A stretch of 64,000 nucleotides of DNA, taken from Candidatus Amesbacteria bacterium GW2011_GWB1_47_19. Lineage in GTDB: Bacteria; Patescibacteriota; Microgenomatia; CAZETR01; Amesbacteraceae. Each line of letters opens with the position of its first letter. The stretch's first letter is position 1. The DNA lies in the NCBI GenBank assembly GCA_001002325.1, contig LCNZ01000006.1, positions 130-64,129 on the forward strand. Reading direction: 5' to 3'. The notes below the pieces were generated by a model. The model had not been told where the DNA came from. It did no database searches and saw nothing but the letters and a program-made list of their open reading frames with translations. Position numbers and translations under genes: made by a program. Positions 38,182 through 46,113 of the stretch are shown here, in pieces.

Positions 38182-38186
38182 GAAGC

Positions 38187-38636
38187 TTATTGGTTGTCAA
38201 TAGTAACCCTGATGCGGGTAGTAACAGTACCTGCAGCTTTGGATATTTCGACGGAGATTTTGATGTTGTCAGCACCGGCACCAACTAATTTGTTCAAAAC
38301 CGAGTCGTTGGTTTTTGTCTGGACATAAGACCTGACATTAAGCCCTATGGCATTAATCTTTTCTTTATACCAGAGGGTAACTTTGTCCGGATCGTCAGGT
38401 GTCTCGTAAGTATCCGGTGATACCAAAACAGAGCCCGGATAGAACCAGATGGTTTCGGGGGGAGGGGCTATCGGCAAGACCGGGGTGGTGCGGGCGACCG
38501 GAACCGGGGTGCGGGAGGGTACAGGAAAAGGAGTCGGTGATAATTCCGGAGTTACCCGGGGGGGGATGCGAGGCGGACGGAAAACGATTCCGAAGACAAA
38601 TATCAGGGAGGCAGCTAATATTGCCAGTGCTTGCAT
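38187..38636 (-). CDS. membrane-anchored Pro-rich-linker protein, hypothetical
   Basis: An N-terminal TM is followed by 'PPRIPPRVTPELSPTPFPVPSRTPVPV' and a ~90-aa C-terminal domain. Confidence 0.5.
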   Translation of the reverse strand: MQALAILAASLIFVFGIVFRPPRIPPRVTPELSPTPFPVPSRTPVPVARTTPVLPIAPPPETIWFYPGSVLVSPDTYETPDDPDKVTLWYKEKINAIGLNVRSYVQTKTNDSVLNKLVGAGADNIKISVEISKAAGTVTTRIRVTIDNQ

Positions 38637-38669
38637 ATCCTCTCCAATTATGACACCAGAGTCAATTGT

Positions 38670-39212
38670 TCAGACGGGAGTAGCCGTGAGAATGAGGCGC
38701 TGGCGATCCAGAAAACCAGTGCAGGTATACAGAACCAATGCAGAATCAGCGGCGGTGACTGGTGAAAGGGCTGAAATTTCTTTGGGGCTGACTTTGGAAA
38801 TGTTGATTATTTTGAAATCGCGGGTGCGGCCGTTGGCAAAAGTTATACTAATAATCTGACCTGTTTTGGCCTGATGTAAGGGTTTTAAGAGACGCGGCCA
38901 GTTGTGGCCGTACATGATGGACACGCCTGATTGACCGGGAAGCGCTGTGGATAAAAGAAAAGTGACCCCGTCGGGAGTGGCGGGAAAACGGGAGCTGAAG
39001 ACATCGGCGGCATATACCGGCAAGTCGATGCCCACTTCCGGCAGTAAAATCCGGGAAGGAAGACTGGTAACACCCAGCTTTGAAGGCGGGTTACGGGTAA
39101 AGCCGGATGCAGGAATCGACAGTGGGGCGAATCTTTCCAGTATCAACAATCCGGCGGCAGCGAAAGCCAATAGCGAGAGGATAAAAAGAAGCAGGGGGAG
39201 TTTAGCGGTCAC
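38670..39212 (-). CDS. sortase (transpeptidase), membrane-anchored
   Basis: N-terminal TM, 'IMYGHNW' His motif, 'LVLYTCTGF' TLxTC motif and a downstream Arg. Confidence 0.8.
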   Translation of the reverse strand: MTAKLPLLLFILSLLAFAAAGLLILERFAPLSIPASGFTRNPPSKLGVTSLPSRILLPEVGIDLPVYAADVFSSRFPATPDGVTFLLSTALPGQSGVSIMYGHNWPRLLKPLHQAKTGQIISITFANGRTRDFKIINISKVSPKEISALSPVTAADSALVLYTCTGFLDRQRLILTATPV

Positions 39213-40053
39213 GGTTGTACTTTTTGGCAGCTAGGGACAGTACCAAGAGGAAAGATCCCAATCCCAGAAGAATGGAGATCATGACCTGATTACCTGTGGG
39301 AGCGAAAGAGGCGGTACCAAGGACGGCTCCGCCGACGGGTTTGTCAGAGGATGAATCAGAAGGCATACAATTATTGACCGCCTTCACGGCAAAGTAATAA
39401 GTCTGACCCGGATCCAGAGCATCAACGGTGTAGGAAGTGACTTGGCCGGTATTCGGGACACCATATATATAGTCTCCGGGTTTAAGACCGTAAAGAATGG
39501 TGTAGTGGGTGGCATTGTCTATCAGACTCCAGGCAAGAATAGCTTTGGTCCCCTGGCGCTCCACCGACAACAAAGTCGGAGGCTGAGGTTTGGCTGAATC
39601 ACATACCGGGGCACCGCCGGTTCCGGGAGGGCTGAAAGTGGGAGTAGGTTCGGTACCGCCTTCATGGCAGTTGTAGCCTGAATTACGAGCGACATAGGGA
39701 GCGGCATCCAGGCCCCAGACAGCACCGGAGGGGACGAATGTCCAACCCGCCGGGACAGATTCAGAATACTTCCACCAGTCTGTCTGAATACCTGAACCGG
39801 AACCTGCGGGACAAAAACACTGAATGAGTCTGGTGTCACTCAAGGTGTATACACTGTCGCTGCCCGAATAAACCCCTGGGTCACCCACAATACCATGAAT
39901 ACCCGAGTCGTAGGCTACTTTGAGGCTGCTGCCGGAAGGGTTGGTACAGGAAGGGAAATCCGGGACTGATTGTGAAGCTACAACCGGAGAGGCAGATAAG
40001 AGAAGTGACACTAGCAAGCTTAAAGCTAAAGTGATGAGCGATATATATTTCAT
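39202..40053 (-). CDS. secreted fibronectin-type-III-like surface protein with C-terminal sorting signal
   Basis: Signal peptide. The FN3-like segment is 'PQPPTLLSVERQGTKAILAW...YTILYGLKPGD...GQTYYFAVKAVN'. The C-terminus is 'SFAPTGN'-[TM 'VMISILLGLGSFLLVLSLAA']-'KKYNRDR', directly upstream of a sortase gene. Confidence 0.65.
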   Translation of the reverse strand: MKYISLITLALSLLVSLLLSASPVVASQSVPDFPSCTNPSGSSLKVAYDSGIHGIVGDPGVYSGSDSVYTLSDTRLIQCFCPAGSGSGIQTDWWKYSESVPAGWTFVPSGAVWGLDAAPYVARNSGYNCHEGGTEPTPTFSPPGTGGAPVCDSAKPQPPTLLSVERQGTKAILAWSLIDNATHYTILYGLKPGDYIYGVPNTGQVTSYTVDALDPGQTYYFAVKAVNNCMPSDSSSDKPVGGAVLGTASFAPTGNQVMISILLGLGSFLLVLSLAAKKYNRDR

Positions 40054-40148
40054 GAGACAGGGCAGAAGGTACCCTGAGGGCAGCCAGGAAGAATGTAGCC
40101 AGTAGTATACTACGGGCTAGTTTGAATTGCAAGTTTTTGTCTTAATTC

Positions 40149-41228
40149 TCATTGGACTATGGGTTTTCCGGTAAAAAATGTTTTGACAACATCCGCCGCC
40201 GGACGGTAGGTCAGATTGGAACCAAATTCGTCCCCGATCAGACTGGCGGTGTTACCCATGTGAACCCAATAGTTGACCCCTACCAGATACTGCTTTTCCC
40301 GCAGGCCGGAGTACATCAGGGTAATAACTTCCGCCTGCAGCTGGTCCGATACAGGCTGGAATATCTGATAACCCCATTCTCCCAGGAATACCGGTACCCG
40401 CCAGCGGCGGTAGAACTTGTCCAAATCAGCCAGAGTCTGGACCGTAACCATAAATGGATCATCCATCAGTCCAATGGTATTACTCTGACTGACGAAATGA
40501 TCCACGGTAATTATGCCCATCTTGTCTACCACTTCCTGAGTCAGCTGATTCTCCACCACCCAACCGTTGATTGATATCCAGTTGGTATGAATCTGTTGTT
40601 TGAGACCGATTGATGCAAATGCGCGGTTGGAAACCGTGATCTGAGACAGAAGAAAATGCCGGTATTGATCCCAATTGAGAAATCTTTTTCCCAAACCCAC
40701 TCCGACGTTTTCTGCCTCTACGGCCAAAGTAAAAGCATCTCCGGGTAAAAATAATCCGGGGTTAGCCTTGATAAAGCGCTCTGTCCGGGCGAGGTATTCT
40801 TCGGGATTGAGCGTTGCCGGCTGTCCTTCGTCCCCTTCCCAATCCGCCCAGTGGCTTCTGAACCAGACATGCAGACCACGGGCATGGATGGCATCCGCCC
40901 ACATATACAATTCATCCACCCGGTCATACGGTGTGCCGACAGCAATATAATTTACTCCCAAGTCCGCGACAAGTTTGACCTGTTCGGCTATAGCCCGGGC
41001 ACTGACGTCCGGCCAATGTTTACTGATAACCTGAGTGTCTATACTGCGGATGGACCAGGCAGAATCGGAAGCCGGTAGGGTTGGTTGGCTGTAATCTCCC
41101 TGGGGATAAATAACCCTCTGATGTAAGTAAATCAGTACGGCCTGAGACAAACCGCCAATAAGACAAGCTATCAGCACCGCCAGAGCAAAAAAGTCACGAC
41201 GGAAACTCTTTATTTTTGAATTGATCAT
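40149..41228 (-). CDS. membrane-anchored TIM-barrel glycoside hydrolase (clan GH-A; GH5/GH113-like)
   Basis: N-terminal TM, 'LVADLGVNYIAV' beta-strand motif, and a C-terminal 'VFLGEWGY' candidate nucleophile motif. Confidence 0.45.
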   Translation of the reverse strand: MINSKIKSFRRDFFALAVLIACLIGGLSQAVLIYLHQRVIYPQGDYSQPTLPASDSAWSIRSIDTQVISKHWPDVSARAIAEQVKLVADLGVNYIAVGTPYDRVDELYMWADAIHARGLHVWFRSHWADWEGDEGQPATLNPEEYLARTERFIKANPGLFLPGDAFTLAVEAENVGVGLGKRFLNWDQYRHFLLSQITVSNRAFASIGLKQQIHTNWISINGWVVENQLTQEVVDKMGIITVDHFVSQSNTIGLMDDPFMVTVQTLADLDKFYRRWRVPVFLGEWGYQIFQPVSDQLQAEVITLMYSGLREKQYLVGVNYWVHMGNTASLIGDEFGSNLTYRPAADVVKTFFTGKPIVQ

Positions 41229-41231
41229 AGG

Positions 41232-42878
41232 TCAGGGTAGGTCTTTGGGAGTCAGGGGAGTGGCTGTCCCGGGATCCAAACGGTAAATGTGCGAGAACGA
41301 ATCCTGATAAACCAATCTGTAATTATTAAGGAAATCGGGATTCTGGCGTAAGTGGTTGTCCACTATATCACCCCGGTGAGAGATGACATAAGCTGCGTAA
41401 GCCGAAGGTTCGGCCAAAGCTACATCCCAATAGCGCCTGACACCTTCGGTAATAAAACGCCGCAAAGGAAGCCCTGACCTGAAAAGGAGGGCATCGTTGC
41501 TGGAGGCAGCAACCAGAATCAAACCTTCCGGGGCGTGGTTTTGAATCCAGGCGGCGGCATCATCCAGATATTCTCCGCTGGCTCCCCGGACGCCATCTTC
41601 GATAGTGATAATGTTGTTACCTGTATACATAAGCGCAAACTGAATGACTATGACCGCCAGAGCCAATGCGGCAAATACTTTTTTCCTGCCGGCCAGAAAA
41701 CCGATAGCCAGTGCGGCTGCAGGCAGCATCATTACCCCGTAGCGATCGTTGAACCAGGTATAGGGAGGCAGATCCGGAAGATAAATAACGGAGTGTCCAA
41801 AAAAGAGACTGGTGACGTTGAAAACGAAAGGGGTTAACAGAGCGGCTACCGCCACTTTAACCATGCGTGAATACCGCCCGGAACTGAAGAACATTCCACT
41901 GCCTGCCAGGCTGAGAATGAGTATCCAGGTACCCAGGTTGTAACGGATCGTGAACAGGTAGACAAATAGGGAGTAAATGAAATCGAATTTGGTAGCCAGA
42001 CCGAGCTGGTACATAATGGCATCCTGCTGGGCTTTGGCGGAGAAAGGCCCGGTGACGAAGTAGAAAAAGTCTCCGAAAATTATCCGGTTCCAGAAAAGCC
42101 ATAAGACGATACCGAAACCAGCCAGTGTGCAAAAGAGAAAAAAATTGCCCTGGGCGAAAATCCACCCTTTTTTTTGTTTACCGATATAAGCCACGGCCAG
42201 CCCCATATATGCTAACAGAAACCAGCCGTCGTATCTGGTAATAGTCGTCAAAAAAGTAAAAAATGCCGCTTTGACAAGTGAAGATGTATTCAGGTCTTCG
42301 GTCCATGACAACAGGTAGAACACTGAGGCGATGGTTAAAAATAACAGCAAGGATTCCGTCATGGGGGTGGTTTGCAGGAAGATCAGGTTGGGATTGAGAC
42401 AATACACGGCCAGGCTGATGATAACTGCAGGTGTTGAAAAACGGAGCTTGCCGGAAATCCGAACCAGATAAATACCTCCGAGGACGTAGGAGACCATGGA
42501 AATCAAACTGCCGGCGATACCGCTGTGCCAGAGATAATCATTTGACACCAACGGCAATTCCAGGATGTGGAAAAGAGGCAACCAAACCGATCCGATCTGG
42601 GCAAACCCGGGCTGCAAACTGTCTACCATTCTGCGGGCGATGTTCAGATGAGAACGGGCATCGTTATAAGACAAAGTGAGATTCTGACGGAAATAAAATA
42701 TCCAGGCACCAATACTTATCAGGATCAAAAGGACCAGACACGCGGTCAGAAATCCGGCCGGGTTTCGGACCGGCTCGAGGCGAGTTGAACCAGACAGCGG
42801 CCAGGTTAACGTAATCCGGCGGGAGTTAAGACTGATCATAATCAGATGAGCGGTGGTGCAGATATACCAAGCAAACAC
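41232..42878 (-). CDS. GT-C fold membrane glycosyltransferase-like protein
   Basis: About 540 aa with about 12 TM helices and a C-terminal soluble domain. An alternative start is the ATG at 42839 (MISLNS). Confidence 0.45.
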   Translation of the reverse strand: MFAWYICTTAHLIMISLNSRRITLTWPLSGSTRLEPVRNPAGFLTACLVLLILISIGAWIFYFRQNLTLSYNDARSHLNIARRMVDSLQPGFAQIGSVWLPLFHILELPLVSNDYLWHSGIAGSLISMVSYVLGGIYLVRISGKLRFSTPAVIISLAVYCLNPNLIFLQTTPMTESLLLFLTIASVFYLLSWTEDLNTSSLVKAAFFTFLTTITRYDGWFLLAYMGLAVAYIGKQKKGWIFAQGNFFLFCTLAGFGIVLWLFWNRIIFGDFFYFVTGPFSAKAQQDAIMYQLGLATKFDFIYSLFVYLFTIRYNLGTWILILSLAGSGMFFSSGRYSRMVKVAVAALLTPFVFNVTSLFFGHSVIYLPDLPPYTWFNDRYGVMMLPAAALAIGFLAGRKKVFAALALAVIVIQFALMYTGNNIITIEDGVRGASGEYLDDAAAWIQNHAPEGLILVAASSNDALLFRSGLPLRRFITEGVRRYWDVALAEPSAYAAYVISHRGDIVDNHLRQNPDFLNNYRLVYQDSFSHIYRLDPGTATPLTPKDLP

Positions 42879-44325
42879 CGGAAAAAATTAATATGTATAA
42901 AATGATCGCAAAAATCTGCAAACTGAGGTAGGAAGACAGATAAGTCCGAAAAATAAATGAGCCGGATATCCCGGATTGAAGAAGTGAAAAATTGTGCAGA
43001 AAAGTCAGCCGGGGAATAAGGGAAGCGGATTCGGTTTCAACACTGGGTGGTATCTGGTTGGTAGTCAGAACCCCGGCCAAATTGATGGCCAGACTATAGA
43101 GAAACAGACTAAAAAACAATAAATTAAACCATAACTTCCGGCCATATTTTTCGATAGCTGTGCCTAAAGGCACAGCCAGAAAAGCCATTGCCGGAATCAG
43201 GTAGCGCGGACCAAAGGCCCATCCGCCCCAGGGGTCACCCCACATTCCATAAAGGGCTGTGACGGCAAAAATAACTCCGGCTGCAGTCCATCCGAGGGAC
43301 CGGTCCTTTTTTATCAGAGGAGCCAAACCCAGCAAACCCAATAATAGTACCGGGGTGAAGTAAATCAGCCCCCGGTCGCGGCTGGTTAACAGCACTGAAA
43401 GACTGGCCGGCAATTGCTGGTATTTAAAGAATCCGACAGCCCGGCTGTAATCGGATCCAGAATCCGACCATTCATCCAGAACTGGCTGACCGGTGGTGAT
43501 ATCAAACCGACGAACATTGGTCAAAGTCCCGGCTAACTGAAAAGGATTGTTGTAAGCCAGGCGGTTGTACCATAACAAGGGAATCAATCCCAGTACGAGA
43601 CCGGCAACAATAACCGTTAGTGAAAAGTTTAATGAAACGGAAATTTTGTCCCTAAATGATCGGATGTCCAGGTAGCGATAAGCCAGAAGCAGCAACAGCG
43701 GAATAAAGAAAATCACATTCGGATATTCAACAAAGATACTAAATCCGACCAGAATACCGATTAAAAAAGTCCGTGAGGGTGACCGGGTGAGTTGAAGCAT
43801 ATAAAAACAGGACAACAGCAAAAAAGTGGTCAGATGATGCTGGTAAAAAGTGGCCGAATAGGCCCAAGCCGGAGACGCAAAAGTGAATACCAATCCGGCA
43901 ACCAGACCGGGATACGGATTTCCCAGGAGCCGCCGCAGAATCAGAAATATTAATACCAGGTTAGCCCAGGCAAAAATAGCTGACAAGGAAAAAGTCATGA
44001 TTTGGGCTAACCCCAGGCTTTTGCCAAGTGAATACAGGGGTACCGCTAAAAGTGAAACTCCGGGGGCAAAAAGGGAAACGTATTTTCCCCCGATGTAACC
44101 CAGATCGGGAACCACAAACCGGGCAATAGGGGTGGTGAAGAAAAAAGAATTGTTTTCGACCACGGACATAGTCAGGGCATATCTACCGCGTTCCGGGGAC
44201 AATTCGAAAGGCTGGGACGGACCGCGCAAATTCTCCAATATTTCCTCAGGAGCCGGATTGCCCGGCCGGCCGTGTAAGGTCAGCATCAGGAGCAATCCCG
44301 GCAGGAGAAGGGCAAAGGTTTTCAT
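42826..44325 (-). CDS. GT-C fold membrane glycosyltransferase-like protein (PMT/ArnT-like)
   Basis: 499 aa with an N-terminal signal/TM, an 'ERGRYALTMSVVENNSFFF' loop and about 11 TM helices. Confidence 0.45.
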   Translation of the reverse strand: MKTFALLLPGLLLMLTLHGRPGNPAPEEILENLRGPSQPFELSPERGRYALTMSVVENNSFFFTTPIARFVVPDLGYIGGKYVSLFAPGVSLLAVPLYSLGKSLGLAQIMTFSLSAIFAWANLVLIFLILRRLLGNPYPGLVAGLVFTFASPAWAYSATFYQHHLTTFLLLSCFYMLQLTRSPSRTFLIGILVGFSIFVEYPNVIFFIPLLLLLAYRYLDIRSFRDKISVSLNFSLTVIVAGLVLGLIPLLWYNRLAYNNPFQLAGTLTNVRRFDITTGQPVLDEWSDSGSDYSRAVGFFKYQQLPASLSVLLTSRDRGLIYFTPVLLLGLLGLAPLIKKDRSLGWTAAGVIFAVTALYGMWGDPWGGWAFGPRYLIPAMAFLAVPLGTAIEKYGRKLWFNLLFFSLFLYSLAINLAGVLTTNQIPPSVETESASLIPRLTFLHNFSLLQSGISGSFIFRTYLSSYLSLQIFAIILYILIFSGVCLVYLHHRSSDYDQS

Positions 44326-45365
44326 ACGAACTTAAGCTTTAGTACCCTAGTAATGTTAAATAATCCGGGGCGGCTCTGCAAATAATTAAAAACCGTAATG
44401 GTCAACGACCACCAGGCACGGATCCATAAGTGAGAAGAGTAAATAACTGTAAATTGTGTATAGGAGTGGGGAGTAAAATCCTTTTTGTACCGGTTTGTAC
44501 CCCGGGAAAAATCCAGAGTGTGAAAATTACAGTTCATTGATGTCTGAAGCGATTGGTATAACAGGATACGACCGGGGATCAAATGGGCATATTCGGCTAA
44601 AAAAGCTATTTGATAACAATGGTATGTGCCGTGACTCGCGAAACCAACCTGATAGCTTACCGGCCGGTTCCGGTAATACAATAAATTAACCAGGATAGTC
44701 CCGGGGCGGTATTGATCGATCAGGTTAAAAAGGCGGGCGATGGCCGGTTGGGAAAAGACTTCCTTGTGTTCAGATTTCTTGGTACTGCGTCTCTCGATAT
44801 CCAAAATAACCGGAAGTATGTCAGCGAAGCTCCCGGCGGAAGTTTCCAGGCGGAAACCGTCAGGGTCTGCAGAGATGACTTTACGGATTTGTTTTTTGTG
44901 CTTGGAATTTAAGAAACGGTATGGGTCCGGCTGCAGGGGAAGAATCCAACCGACCGAAGAAAAAAAGATTTTCATACAGGGATCCGACGAAAAGAGAGAT
45001 TTATGAATCTCGGGAGTTTCACTAAGATAGACATTTCGTAATTCTTTTAATTTGATTAACAACTCCCCGGTTATCAGAGGGTCCCGCTCCAGCAACAGAA
45101 GGGACGACCGATCCAGATATTGGTTACCGGGAGGAATAAAGCACTTAATACCCCATTTGCGGGTTTGGACCAACGGCAGGACGGCAACCAGCGCCGAATT
45201 CCGATATACAGCCAAAATGGCTAACATGGAGTAATTGAAAACTGAACGGCAGGCAAGAAACCAAGCGGGAGAGTTGAAAAGATGACCGGAGTCCGACCGA
45301 TCCCACAGGTCCTGCCAGGATGTAAGCAACCCGGCGGTTAAAGAATAGTAAATTTCAGACTGCAT
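44322..45365 (-). CDS. GNAT-fold FemAB/CelD-like acyl/aminoacyl-transferase (uncertain)
   Basis: 347-aa soluble protein. Its size and two-lobed pattern resemble Acetyltransf_6/FemAB-like proteins. No strong motif was seen. Confidence 0.3.
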   Translation of the reverse strand: MQSEIYYSLTAGLLTSWQDLWDRSDSGHLFNSPAWFLACRSVFNYSMLAILAVYRNSALVAVLPLVQTRKWGIKCFIPPGNQYLDRSSLLLLERDPLITGELLIKLKELRNVYLSETPEIHKSLFSSDPCMKIFFSSVGWILPLQPDPYRFLNSKHKKQIRKVISADPDGFRLETSAGSFADILPVILDIERRSTKKSEHKEVFSQPAIARLFNLIDQYRPGTILVNLLYYRNRPVSYQVGFASHGTYHCYQIAFLAEYAHLIPGRILLYQSLQTSMNCNFHTLDFSRGTNRYKKDFTPHSYTQFTVIYSSHLWIRAWWSLTITVFNYLQSRPGLFNITRVLKLKFV

Positions 45366-46113
45366 AGTAATAAATTTCCCGGGATAAAGGAGGGATACCT
45401 GCAGGAAAAACCGCCGGAGTTTGAGAACGGTAACCGGAAATAAGCCGGTGTCTGACCGTCGGACTCACGGGTAATACACTTTTGTGAAGGTGGTGCTGAC
45501 CGATAAATTTCATGTCAGGGCGAAATTTCTGATTGTAGGGGAAATCACACCAGTAAATTACCCTGTTAGGCAACTGAGAACATATATTCCGAATAATGAC
45601 ATGGTCTACATGACGGCCGATTGACAGGGGAGCGAAAACCACTGCCTCTGAAGGTACCGCCCGTGACAGCCGGTGTGATAATTTATCTATTAGACCGGAA
45701 TCAGCGGGTGACGATTTTCCGGTAACTACATGCCAGCGATAGGTGGGATAGACGGCTCCAAGCTCGGGAATGAAACTGCCCGGGAATCGTTTTTTTCGGC
45801 GCCAGAGAGCGTCCGTATAATCCAGATCAATTGGTTTTATTCCCAATGTTTTTAGAATCCCGGCATCTTCCCGTTTGCGGATGATAAACAACCGCCGGGC
45901 ATCCGGGCTGCCGCACTGGCGGAGGTAGACGGCGGCTGACAAAGTCGGACGGAGGTTATCCGCACGGGTAAAAACGTTAATAATTTTCACCTGGGTTTTG
46001 CGGGAAAGCCGCGAAATCAGTCCACCCGCGGAGAAAACTGCATCATCCAGATGTGGAGAAATGAAGTAAACTGGTAAACGATGCTCAATAATGCGATCTA
46101 TCAATTTTTTCAT
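45355..46113 (-). CDS. PIG-L/LmbE family N-acetylglucosaminyl deacetylase
   Basis: The N-terminal 'YFISPHLDDAVFSAGGLI' matches the PIG-L 'HPDD' zinc-binding motif. Confidence 0.6.
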   Translation of the reverse strand: MKKLIDRIIEHRLPVYFISPHLDDAVFSAGGLISRLSRKTQVKIINVFTRADNLRPTLSAAVYLRQCGSPDARRLFIIRKREDAGILKTLGIKPIDLDYTDALWRRKKRFPGSFIPELGAVYPTYRWHVVTGKSSPADSGLIDKLSHRLSRAVPSEAVVFAPLSIGRHVDHVIIRNICSQLPNRVIYWCDFPYNQKFRPDMKFIGQHHLHKSVLPVSPTVRHRLISGYRSQTPAVFPAGIPPLSREIYYYAV

